From the IMG/VR virus record IMGVR_UViG_3300035180_002914: a DNA stretch of 64,000 bases. One strand, 5' to 3'. Origin of the DNA: an uncultured virus (IMG/VR IMGVR_UViG_3300035180_002914). Taxonomy: Duplodnaviria; Heunggongvirae; Uroviricota; Caudoviricetes. Below, one piece after another: positions 30,219 through 38,941 of the stretch (position 1 is the first letter of the stretch; every line of letters starts with the position of its first letter). Under the pieces are notes generated by a model that was not told where the DNA came from, ran no database searches, and saw only the letters and a program-made list of their open reading frames with translations. Both the position numbers and the translations under genes were made by a program.

Positions 30219-30625
30219 TATCATTCGCTAAGAACACAAAAGCGAAATTCGATTATACAATCGAAAAGGAGCTTGAGTGTTCCTTGATACTTTTTGGACA
30301 AGAGGTAAAGGCCATCAGAGAACACCGAGCGAACTTAAAAGGTGAATATTGTATGATTGACTCTAAAGGTGTCTATACGAAATTTCATATAGGAAAGGTT
30401 GACGATCCTACAAGGTTAAAGACAGTTCTCTGTACTAAGAAAGAAAGAGAGAAAATGATGAAATTTCTTTCTGAAAAGGGAACTACTATTATACCTCTCG
30501 AGTTATATCAAGACGAAAAAACAGTTATTAGGCTAAAAGTTGGATTTTGTAGAGGTAAAAAACAATACGAAAAGAGAGAAACAATAAAAGAAAGAGATTT
30601 AATAAGAAGAGGCGATGGCAATTAA
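30215..30625 (+). CDS. smpB: SsrA-binding protein SmpB (compact)
   Basis: NTKAKFDY.IE, L.G.EVKAIR, GTTIIPLELY and RGKKQYEKRETIKERD. Confidence 0.9.
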   Translation: MISFAKNTKAKFDYTIEKELECSLILFGQEVKAIREHRANLKGEYCMIDSKGVYTKFHIGKVDDPTRLKTVLCTKKEREKMMKFLSEKGTTIIPLELYQDEKTVIRLKVGFCRGKKQYEKRETIKERDLIRRGDGN

Positions 30626-30643
30626 GTTTAAAGGATAAGAATT

Positions 30644-30973
30644 ATGCTACTTGATGAAAATATAGGTATAGACTTCGGTTTTGGATTCGGCGACGGATCT
30701 GGTAGCGGTTATGGTGCAGGTTCAGGTAGTGGTTCTGGAATGGGAGATGGATATGGTGATGGATATGGATTTGGTTATGGTTCGGGCGAAGGCACTAGTT
30801 ATGGAGATGGAGACGGTGATGGATCTGGTAGTGGCTCTGGTTCTGGTAACGACTATGGCTGTGGCGGCGGCTCTGGTTATGGTCGTAACTATGGTTGTGG
30901 TAGTGGTTTTGGCTGTGGTAATGGAGACTGGGAAGATGATTCAGACCAAGATGAAATTTTAAATAAAGGATAA
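30644..30973 (+). CDS. Gly-rich (Gx dipeptide) low-complexity protein
   Basis: About 80 aa of G-[DYSFNC] dipeptides; AAGGA RBS. Confidence 0.7.
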   Translation: MLLDENIGIDFGFGFGDGSGSGYGAGSGSGSGMGDGYGDGYGFGYGSGEGTSYGDGDGDGSGSGSGSGNDYGCGGGSGYGRNYGCGSGFGCGNGDWEDDSDQDEILNKG

Positions 30974-30976
30974 GAA

Positions 30977-31354
30977 ATGATTAATATAAAAGATTTAACT
31001 CTAGAACAAATAACTGAACTTAAGTGCTTGTTTGAGAATATGACAATTAAAGGCTGTAATGAAATGGTAGGAACATATTCTATCATAAGAACTTACTCTG
31101 CTGGAGTATGGTTTGGCAAGGTACTACAAAAAGAAGGTAATGAAATTATTCTAGGAGAAGCTAGAAGACTTTATTACTGGAAAACAGCTAATAAAGGTAT
31201 TAGTCTAAGTGAAGTATCTATTGCCGGTCTAGATAATAGTAGTAAAGTATGCGAAGCTGTAGAAAAAGTATGGCTTCAACCAATAGAGATAATTCCTTGT
31301 ACTGATGTTGCGATAGAAAACATAAAAAGTCAAAAAAGTTATGTGGTTAGATAG
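30977..31354 (+). CDS. small beta-barrel protein, probably Sm/LSm-like (DUF6948-like)
   Basis: VGTYSIIRTYSAGVWFGKV...EIILGEARRLYYW and IEIIPC. The fold is inferred from the strand pattern. Confidence 0.6.
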   Translation: MINIKDLTLEQITELKCLFENMTIKGCNEMVGTYSIIRTYSAGVWFGKVLQKEGNEIILGEARRLYYWKTANKGISLSEVSIAGLDNSSKVCEAVEKVWLQPIEIIPCTDVAIENIKSQKSYVVR

Positions 31355-31634
31355 ACACATTAATAAAAGTTCCGGATTCGGTAATGGTACTGGTGATGGA
31401 TTTGGTTCACAGTTTGGATTTGGAGATGGTAACGGATCTGGAGATGGTAACGGATCTGGATACGGCTGTGGACTAGGTTGCGGTTCTGCAAACGGTCAAG
31501 GTTCTATATTTAATGATGGCGATGGTGTTGGTTACGGTATCGGAGACGGTTATGGCAATGGAGATGGTTATGGCGCTGGATATGGTTACGGAGACGGTAA
31601 CGGATCTGGTGGTTATGGTGGTGGAGAAGGTTGA
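31341..31634 (+). CDS. Gly-rich low-complexity protein
   Basis: GDGNGSG and GYGDG repeats; overlaps the upstream stop. Confidence 0.7.
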   Translation: MWLDRHINKSSGFGNGTGDGFGSQFGFGDGNGSGDGNGSGYGCGLGCGSANGQGSIFNDGDGVGYGIGDGYGNGDGYGAGYGYGDGNGSGGYGGGEG

Positions 31635-31969
31635 TTTTTATATAGTTTCGGCAATGGGTGATTTGTTGGAAAATAAAAAAGTATGATACAGAGATAAAGA
31701 GTTTAGTTGTTCACTAATAATAGAGTCAGTTTAAAACTTGAGAAGCCGAATTGCTTCTCATACTATAAAATAAGAGATAAAAAATTTAGTTTTGAAGATT
31801 AAATTTAAGCTTTCTTTAAGAATAGTTTAGTTATAATTTTCTAAATTAAAAAAGAGGAGATTAAAATGTTCGGTAAACCATCAGAAATAAAAAGACTTTT
31901 CGAGATAATGATATCTCAAAATATAGCTACTATTGCTGAAGCAGCAAAAATCCTAAAAAGCTATAAAAA

Positions 31970-32314
31970 ATGAAACTTTTAAAAGTAGAAAATCAAAAAA
32001 CAAATTCAGAAGCCGATTCTTTAATTGGTTCTGTTCACGTTTCTTATGAAAGTTCTACTTCTCTTCTATTTCCTATTTCTCTGAAAGATAAGGATATAGA
32101 GCTAGATCTTATTGTAAGAGGTAATCTTGTATCACTTCTTCTTAGAAAAACTGAATCGGGTCGATCTTATCTTGTAGAAGTTGTAGAATTAAAATTTGAC
32201 ACTCCTATTAGAGCTTATATTGATATGCTTTGTGGCTTTCCAGAGCTTGTAGTTCTAGATTTTAATGATGTAGAAGAAAAATCTAAAAGAAACTACTCTA
32301 TGGTAGAACTATGA
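31970..32314 (+). CDS. hypothetical protein
   Basis: ORF in an early-promoter cassette (promoter at 31815). Confidence 0.55.
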   Translation: MKLLKVENQKTNSEADSLIGSVHVSYESSTSLLFPISLKDKDIELDLIVRGNLVSLLLRKTESGRSYLVEVVELKFDTPIRAYIDMLCGFPELVVLDFNDVEEKSKRNYSMVEL

Positions 32315-32407
32315 CTAATATATAGAAATAAGTATATGGAGAGATCTTTGAATGGCGAAATTTTTAGTTAAATCTCCATATTTCAAAATACAAAACGGAG
32401 AAATAAA

Positions 32408-32863
32408 ATGTTATTTCATTCTAAAGATTTTCCAGAAGAAATTTTCGAGATTGACCATCAGGTTTTATCTAGTGCCGAAAGAGCAGGTCTTGAACATAGT
32501 TTTGAGAAGGTGAAAGTAGATGGAGGATTAAATTTCACAATTAAAAAGATATATCGATTGAGAAATTCAGGATGGCAATTTTTTGAAATAAGCTATGATT
32601 CACACACTGAAAACATAAAGAGCATAGAAGAAATAGAAAAAGCAAGTATTGACAATCTCTTTTTCCCTTCTTTAGAGTTTAAGGGTATCCAAGATAAAAA
32701 GCCTTATGGTATCGTAAAAATGGATGTAATAGCAAAAAACGTTGAACACGCTTGTACTTTCAAAGATCGATTTGTAAATTTCTCTTCAAAATTAGAAGAA
32801 GATTTTGAAACTTGTGCTTTCAAATTCTATAAAGAAATGATAGCGAACGGCGGAAACTTTTGA
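32408..32863 (+). CDS. hypothetical protein
   Basis: 151-aa ORF with GGAG RBS. Confidence 0.55.
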   Translation: MLFHSKDFPEEIFEIDHQVLSSAERAGLEHSFEKVKVDGGLNFTIKKIYRLRNSGWQFFEISYDSHTENIKSIEEIEKASIDNLFFPSLEFKGIQDKKPYGIVKMDVIAKNVEHACTFKDRFVNFSSKLEEDFETCAFKFYKEMIANGGNF

Positions 32864-32941
32864 TTTGTAAATAGTATCTTAAGTTTGTTTTAAGAAAAGT
32901 TTAGTTATAATACCTTTAAACAAAAAAATGAAAGAGATGAA

Positions 32942-34243
32942 ATGATTCTGAAAATACTTGAGCTTTTGAATTCCGACAATTCACGTCTCTTTAAAGAGAG
33001 AGTACTTGAAGAACATTTACATAATGAAACACTTAAGAAAGTGTTGAATTATGCATATTCACCGTACAAGGTCTACAACATTCGAAAAATTCCTGAGTAC
33101 AAAAAAAGATCTGCTGGTCTAATTGGTCTAGAACAAGCAATGAATGAGCTTGACGATTTAGTCAATAGAAAATACACAGGAAACGAAGGTATAGCACATC
33201 TTAAAAATATTCTTGAATCAGTATCAGAAAGAGACGCTCAAGTAGTTGAAAGAATAATAGGAAAAGATCTAAAATGCGGCGTGTCGACTTCTACAATCAA
33301 CAAAATTTTTCCTGGTCTTGTTCCTACATTCGATTTAATGCTTTGTCAACCTTTCAATGAAAAGACTATAAAGGCTATAAAATATCCAGCACTTTCACAA
33401 TTAAAAGCAGACGGAACAAGAATTGTCTGTGTAGTTGAGTCATCTACTAATGTGAGATACTTTACAAGAAATGGAAGAGAGATAGAAAACCTTGAATGGA
33501 CTATCCCTTATGTACAAGACTTCGTTGGTTATGTTATTGATGGTGAGTTTGTTGCCGAAGAAAATGGTGAGCTTCTAAAAAGACAAGCTGGAAATGGTCT
33601 TGTTCAAAAGGCTCTTAAGGGTACTGCTTCTGAGGAAGAAAAAACAAAAATCAGATTTCAAGCTTGGGATCTAATTGGCATTAAATCATTTAAAGAAGGT
33701 TATGATAAAGAAAAATATGTCTCAAGATTTAATCGTTTGAATGAAATGATAAAAGATAATAAGTTCCTTTCTATTATACCGACAAGAAGAGTAAACTCTT
33801 TTGAAGAAGCTAAAGAACACTTCAATGAAGTTTATAATCAAGGCTTTGAAGGCACAGTCCTAAAAAATGAAGACCAAATCTATGAAAATAAGCGTGTCAA
33901 AGGACAAGTAAAATTAAAAGCAGAACTAGAGTGCTCTCTAAGAATAGTAGATTTTGAATACGGTACTCCTGGAAGTAAGTATGAAAAAGTTCTTGGTTCT
34001 CTTGTTTGCGAGTCAGAAGATGGAAAAATAAAAACTCACCTTTCAGGCTTTACCGATGAGTTTAGAAATGAATTCAAAATTGAAGACTTCAAAGGGAAAA
34101 TTGTAGAAGTAGTGTATAACGAAGCTATCTCCACAAAAACCGGATCTTGGAGTTTGTTCCTTCCTAGATTTAAATCTATAAGAGAAGACCGCTCAACAGC
34201 CGATAAGTTTGAACACATAGTAAAAGAGAAAAAGGTGAAGTGA
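32942..34243 (+). CDS. gp30: ATP-dependent DNA ligase (gp30-like)
   Basis: QLKADGTR, IDGEF, AWD, EGTVLK, KLK and SLFLPRF motifs. Confidence 0.95.
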   Translation: MILKILELLNSDNSRLFKERVLEEHLHNETLKKVLNYAYSPYKVYNIRKIPEYKKRSAGLIGLEQAMNELDDLVNRKYTGNEGIAHLKNILESVSERDAQVVERIIGKDLKCGVSTSTINKIFPGLVPTFDLMLCQPFNEKTIKAIKYPALSQLKADGTRIVCVVESSTNVRYFTRNGREIENLEWTIPYVQDFVGYVIDGEFVAEENGELLKRQAGNGLVQKALKGTASEEEKTKIRFQAWDLIGIKSFKEGYDKEKYVSRFNRLNEMIKDNKFLSIIPTRRVNSFEEAKEHFNEVYNQGFEGTVLKNEDQIYENKRVKGQVKLKAELECSLRIVDFEYGTPGSKYEKVLGSLVCESEDGKIKTHLSGFTDEFRNEFKIEDFKGKIVEVVYNEAISTKTGSWSLFLPRFKSIREDRSTADKFEHIVKEKKVK

Positions 34244-34389
34244 ATCGTCTTTGATGAAAGATATAAATATTGTAGAATTTGTGATTTAAATCACACAAAT
34301 TCTACGAGGTTTACTATGATTTTAAGTATTATTTTTATTTCTGTGTTATCTATAGTGATCTATTATCAAGAAATAGCGAAAGGATTACT

Positions 34390-34596
34390 GTGATTTTAAC
34401 TTCTTATAACTCTTCAAATAACCTTTATGGTGCTCTTTACCACACTAAACTTTCAGACTATACATCAAGAATAGATGTTGCGATAAAAACTCCTAACGAA
34501 ACGAAATTAAAAACCTTCGATGAAAAAGAAAACAAAAAATCTCATACAATAACTTTTCAAAAAGAACTTGGAGTTAATTTAGATTTTTACTTATGA
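34390..34596 (+). CDS. hypothetical protein
   Basis: GTG start with AAGGA RBS. Confidence 0.45.
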   Translation: MILTSYNSSNNLYGALYHTKLSDYTSRIDVAIKTPNETKLKTFDEKENKKSHTITFQKELGVNLDFYL

Positions 34597-34653
34597 TTTA
34601 AGCTTATTTTAAGTTTAGTTTAGTTATAATTTCCTAAACCGAAAAGGATTAAA

Positions 34654-34947
34654 ATGACGAAAGCAGAAAAATATTTAGGTCGTTCTAAACTTACAGCTAG
34701 ATGTTATGACGGTTTCTTTGATGATGATTTTATGACAAGACTAAAAATAAAAATTGATAGAGTGCTTAAATCTACTAATGAAGAAATAATTTTTTTAACA
34801 TCAGAACAAATTCTTGATACAAGAATTTATATGATAAAGGTTCTTAGAAGAATTAATCGAAAGCCTTGTGTTTATAATTGGAGTATTTTGAAATTTTCAA
34901 CTTCAGAAGAAGCAATCGATTTTTATGAGGAAGAAAAATATCTTTAA
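34654..34947 (+). CDS. hypothetical early protein
   Basis: Follows promoter at 34608. Confidence 0.55.
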   Translation: MTKAEKYLGRSKLTARCYDGFFDDDFMTRLKIKIDRVLKSTNEEIIFLTSEQILDTRIYMIKVLRRINRKPCVYNWSILKFSTSEEAIDFYEEEKYL

Positions 34948-34979
34948 GCGGAACGAAAATAATTTTAAAGGAATCAAAT

Positions 34980-35300
34980 ATGGCAGCAAATCCAGAACTA
35001 GTAGAAAAACAAGGTCTTACGCCTAAAGATGTCGAAGAAATCGAACAACTACATTCAAAAAGAAAAGAAATAGAGTCTAAAATGTCAAAATCAAAAGATG
35101 TTTCTACTCTTAGAAAACTTTTTGAAGAATGGACAGATAATGAGTTCGAACTACAAAGAACTTGGAAGTTTAAAGAAGACGAAAGATACCATAGAAGTTG
35201 GTACTTGCCTCACTGTATTTGTCCTAAAATGGATAATAATGAGAGAATAGGACACGGTATGATTATCAATAAAAATTGTCCGATACACGGAGGAGATTAA
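34980..35300 (+). CDS. Cys/His (probably Zn-binding) phage protein
   Basis: LQRTWKF, HRSW, CICPKMDN and CPIHG. Confidence 0.6.
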   Translation: MAANPELVEKQGLTPKDVEEIEQLHSKRKEIESKMSKSKDVSTLRKLFEEWTDNEFELQRTWKFKEDERYHRSWYLPHCICPKMDNNERIGHGMIINKNCPIHGGD

Positions 35301-35301
35301 A

Positions 35302-35541
35302 ATGAATTTGTTGGCGATATATATTTTTTCTGTAATAGGTTGTCAAGCCGTTTTTAAAGCTTTCTTTGAGCCTATGCTTTATAAGCTCTGGTATGGAAAA
35401 ACTGACAGAATAAAATACAATGAATGGTTAAGTGTTATTTCATATTTCAAAATGATGACTTGGATGCCATTCGTAAATACTATGTTTTTGGCTATTTTCG
35501 GTTATTTCTTTGTTTTATTTAATAGAAGGGGTAAATTTTGA
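35302..35541 (+). CDS. small membrane protein
   Basis: Two hydrophobic segments. Confidence 0.55.
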   Translation: MNLLAIYIFSVIGCQAVFKAFFEPMLYKLWYGKTDRIKYNEWLSVISYFKMMTWMPFVNTMFLAIFGYFFVLFNRRGKF

Positions 35542-35879
35542 AAAAACAGAAAAACGAATCTCTTACCATAAAGATAATACCAGTTAAAAATAAACCGACA
35601 AATTTTAATGAGTATATCTTTAAACACGAGGCTATAAATGAAATTTTTGTTGAAGAGCTTCTTTTCGATTACGGAAGAATGTTTGTTAATTACTCTGCTT
35701 CTGATGGAATTTTTCTAGCAGAAAAAGAAAAGGTAAGCGGTACAGATTCTTACGGATTTTCGTATAAAGTTAAACAAGGCGAGTTTAAAATTCGTTTCTT
35801 ATCTCAAGAACAGGCTATTTTTAATGATATATTGACTTTAGTTTTTAATAAGTTAAATGTCCAGTTTTTAGCAGGGTGA
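35538..35879 (+). CDS. hypothetical protein
   Basis: Coupled TTG-start ORF. Confidence 0.5.
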   Translation: MKKQKNESLTIKIIPVKNKPTNFNEYIFKHEAINEIFVEELLFDYGRMFVNYSASDGIFLAEKEKVSGTDSYGFSYKVKQGEFKIRFLSQEQAIFNDILTLVFNKLNVQFLAG

Positions 35880-35983
35880 ATTCTAAAAATATTTCTATGG
35901 GTTTTGAAAACTTTTCAATTAAGATACTTTTAAGCTTTATTTAGTTATAATTACAACATATAAAAAGTTTAAAGGATTTTTAA

Positions 35984-36178
35984 ATGTACAGCTTCAGATT
36001 TTTACTAAATAACGTTGATGGTGTAAAAGGTGTTCTTTCAACTAGTGTAAACGCTTGTTGTGAAGAAGAAGCTTATGATATTATTTTCGATGAATACGGA
36101 GAAGATGTTGAAGTTCTTGAATGTACTTGCACTGGTCCAGCGTTCGATGAAGATGCTATGAGATATGGTGATTTTTGA
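35984..36178 (+). CDS. small acidic protein, paralog 1 (SFRFLL family)
   Basis: Paralogs at 36175 and 49465; early promoter at 35929. Confidence 0.7.
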   Translation: MYSFRFLLNNVDGVKGVLSTSVNACCEEEAYDIIFDEYGEDVEVLECTCTGPAFDEDAMRYGDF

Positions 36179-36390
36179 TGTTAAGCTTTAGGTTTCTATT
36201 AGCTAATGTTAACGGTGAAACGGGTGTTCTTCCTGTTGTAGTAGACGCTGAATATGAAGATGAAGCTTATGATATAGTTTACTTTATCTATGGAGATAAT
36301 GTCGAAATTGTAGACTGTAGTGTTGTCAGTCTTATAGATGATAAAGAGGACGACGATGATGAAGATAAAATGGAGTATGAAGTAATTTAA
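36175..36390 (+). CDS. small acidic protein, paralog 2
   Basis: SFRFLLANVNGETGVL...EAYDI. Confidence 0.7.
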   Translation: MMLSFRFLLANVNGETGVLPVVVDAEYEDEAYDIVYFIYGDNVEIVDCSVVSLIDDKEDDDDEDKMEYEVI

Positions 36391-36495
36391 TATAATGGAG
36401 CTCATTTTCTTTTCTGTATTATATGTTCTTTGGTTGTATCTGTTAGCAGTTATGAAAGGTTAAATATTGATATTATAGCCAATTAAGGATTAAAA

Positions 36496-36843
36496 ATGAG
36501 ATTAAAAAACTTTGAAGTATACAAAGTAAAGAAAGAATTCTTGAATGAAAATACTGGAGAAGAATTAGATTTTGATATAGATGTTGTTCCAATTGGAAGA
36601 GACTTTAGAGACGGCTCTCTTAAATTTATACGGTTAGATACTTTTACGGAGCAATACTTCGATGAAAGTAGTGAGGACTTCGAAGACAATTTCTATTGCT
36701 CATCTACAAAAGTAGATCTTCTTAATATGTACAGGAGCTACCTGGAGAGACAGTTAATCACTTTTTGTGAAACTGAGCCAAATATGATGAAAAGAGAAAT
36801 TGAAACATTATATACTATTATTAAAATTTTACGAAAAACATAA
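36496..36843 (+). CDS. hypothetical protein
   Basis: 115-aa ORF with RBS. Confidence 0.55.
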   Translation: MRLKNFEVYKVKKEFLNENTGEELDFDIDVVPIGRDFRDGSLKFIRLDTFTEQYFDESSEDFEDNFYCSSTKVDLLNMYRSYLERQLITFCETEPNMMKREIETLYTIIKILRKT

Positions 36844-36910
36844 TATAGAATATAATGACTAGTGATTTAAATGGAATTGATATATAACAAAACACTTAAG
36901 AGAGGTTTAA

Positions 36911-37180
36911 ATGTACGCAATAATTTTTCAAATAAGTGATTCTTTACCTGAAGAGTATAGTAAAACCGCTTATGCTGATATAAGAAAATTTATGGAGTCT
37001 AACGGCTTTACTTGGCAACAAGGTAGTGTTTATTTTGGTGGACCGGCAATTAATGCTGTAACTTGCGTTACGACAGTCCAAAGATTAGCGGCAACATTTC
37101 CTTGGTTTAGAACCTATGTTAAGGATATTAGAATGCTCAGGATTGAAGAAGTAAATGATTTGTTACCGGCTATAATATAA
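36911..37180 (+). CDS. vapD: VapD (Cas2-like) nuclease
   Basis: MYAI.F, AYADIRKFM..NGF.WQQGSVY and WF...VKDIRMLRIEE.NDL. Confidence 0.9.
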   Translation: MYAIIFQISDSLPEEYSKTAYADIRKFMESNGFTWQQGSVYFGGPAINAVTCVTTVQRLAATFPWFRTYVKDIRMLRIEEVNDLLPAII

Positions 37181-37199
37181 AATCAAAGGTATTAAGATC

Positions 37200-37574
37200 G
37201 TGATAGTAACAAAAGACTTATTAACTTGGGATAACCTTGTTTTAAGAGAAATTACTTTCGAAAAAAGTTTGGTTGAATTACTTTTAACAATCTGTGGTGG
37301 TAATATTGGCGCTCTTTTAAAAGACTGTAAACTATATACAAGGAAAATCCCTTATGTTCTACACTTCCAAGAACTTGTTGTTACTATATTCAATTTTTCT
37401 AGTCAGAATGAAGAAACCAATCAGTTTGCTCGGACTAATTTCATTATCTCAGAAAATTTACTTACAATGATAAACGAATTCAGTATAGGCTTCTCTGAAA
37501 GAGATATAGAAAACGCTATTTACAAGATTTTGAAAGACTTTTCAGAGAAACATCTTCAAAGACCGATATTTTAA
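37200..37574 (+). CDS. hypothetical protein
   Basis: 124-aa ORF. Confidence 0.5.
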   Translation: MIVTKDLLTWDNLVLREITFEKSLVELLLTICGGNIGALLKDCKLYTRKIPYVLHFQELVVTIFNFSSQNEETNQFARTNFIISENLLTMINEFSIGFSERDIENAIYKILKDFSEKHLQRPIF

Positions 37575-37628
37575 ACCTAAATAAGGTATAATAAAAATAT
37601 TTTGAGCCCAAATATAAAAGGATAACTA

Positions 37629-38723
37629 TTGTCTCAACAATTACATCATACACTTATAGATCCAGGACATAGAACTAATGTTGTAATAAGACCATTAGAC
37701 GAGGCACTACTTGAGTTTGAACTGGCTAGATTTGAAACTGCAGTAGCTTATTTTTATGATTACGAAAGGACTGGAAAACAAAGCTCGCTAGATTCTGCTT
37801 GGAAGATGATTAATGAATATTCTGGTCCGGACTTTGATGAATATTTCAGATTTAAGTTTTTGATATCAACAAGAATAAATGACCCATTCCTTCAAGCAGA
37901 GTACGATATACTAAGAGGATATCAAATTAAATTGTCAAACGGTAATGAAGAAGTGATAAGACTTATATCTTCGCCTAAATATAATAGATTTGGTTTTGTT
38001 GATGCTCCGAATACAAAAGAATATGTAATAGTGTTGGAACAAGGTTTTGGTGATATCTTTATGGCATTTCAAAATGTTGAAATAATAAAAGATAAAAATA
38101 TTACAATACTTCATCCAGCTCAACACGCGCCTATAATTTCATTATTGAAATATTTGTTTCCACAATTTAAATATGAACAAGCTAAAAATGCGACTGAAAT
38201 TAACAGGTATCTTCATAATAACAAAGTTGAAAACTTTTCACTTATAATGGATTTGTTTAACTATTCCTTAGTTGTTAAAAGAGAGTTTCCTTTTTATCAA
38301 CTAGATTTAAAATTTCCAAAAAATAATAAGATAGGCTTTCAACTAAATACTACTGAAAGATCTGTAGAAGTACATAGAGACATAGATGTTGAAAATATTC
38401 TGTTCTTAAAGAGCAAATATGAATTGACTTGCTTTAATGTTCCTAGAAAGGATTACGCAGGAGTTAATAATCCTACTATTACAAACTGGAAAGATACTTA
38501 CGATCTTCTTAAAGATATGTCTGCTTTGATATGCGCTGATAGTGGAATATTACATCTTGGTGTTTTGATGGGACTAAAAACTATTTGTCTAGTAGATGCT
38601 AAGAAGTTTATTGATAGAAAATGGAAAACAGGTTACTATAAAAATTATAGCAACTTCCATATACTTGACATAGGTTCAAAAACCTTTAAGAAAGATCTAC
38701 AAAATATCTTAAAAGGAGATTGA
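37629..38723 (+). CDS. GT-B glycosyltransferase, GT9/heptosyltransferase-like
   Basis: EQGFGDIFM and ICADSGILHLG.LMG.KTI motifs. Confidence 0.75.
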   Translation: MSQQLHHTLIDPGHRTNVVIRPLDEALLEFELARFETAVAYFYDYERTGKQSSLDSAWKMINEYSGPDFDEYFRFKFLISTRINDPFLQAEYDILRGYQIKLSNGNEEVIRLISSPKYNRFGFVDAPNTKEYVIVLEQGFGDIFMAFQNVEIIKDKNITILHPAQHAPIISLLKYLFPQFKYEQAKNATEINRYLHNNKVENFSLIMDLFNYSLVVKREFPFYQLDLKFPKNNKIGFQLNTTERSVEVHRDIDVENILFLKSKYELTCFNVPRKDYAGVNNPTITNWKDTYDLLKDMSALICADSGILHLGVLMGLKTICLVDAKKFIDRKWKTGYYKNYSNFHILDIGSKTFKKDLQNILKGD

Positions 38724-38941
38724 TTTTAAAATGAAAGAAATGATTAAGGAAGAAGAAGGTAAAATATTTGTCGGATATGACGAATTTATGAATGATTTTG
38801 AAGAAGTTGAAGATTTCATTTATAGAGGTAAAGATGGCTTGAAATACTCTCTTATTTGCAAGAGTGAAACAGATATTTTTGAGCTTGAATTAGTTGAGTG
38901 TTTGTAAAATAAATACTTAAAAATATTTGAGTGAGAAATAT

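Noticed and set aside
30681..30962. Alternative-frame Val/Met-rich ORF
   Set aside because: It is a frame shadow of the GGN-rich Gly ORF and has no RBS.
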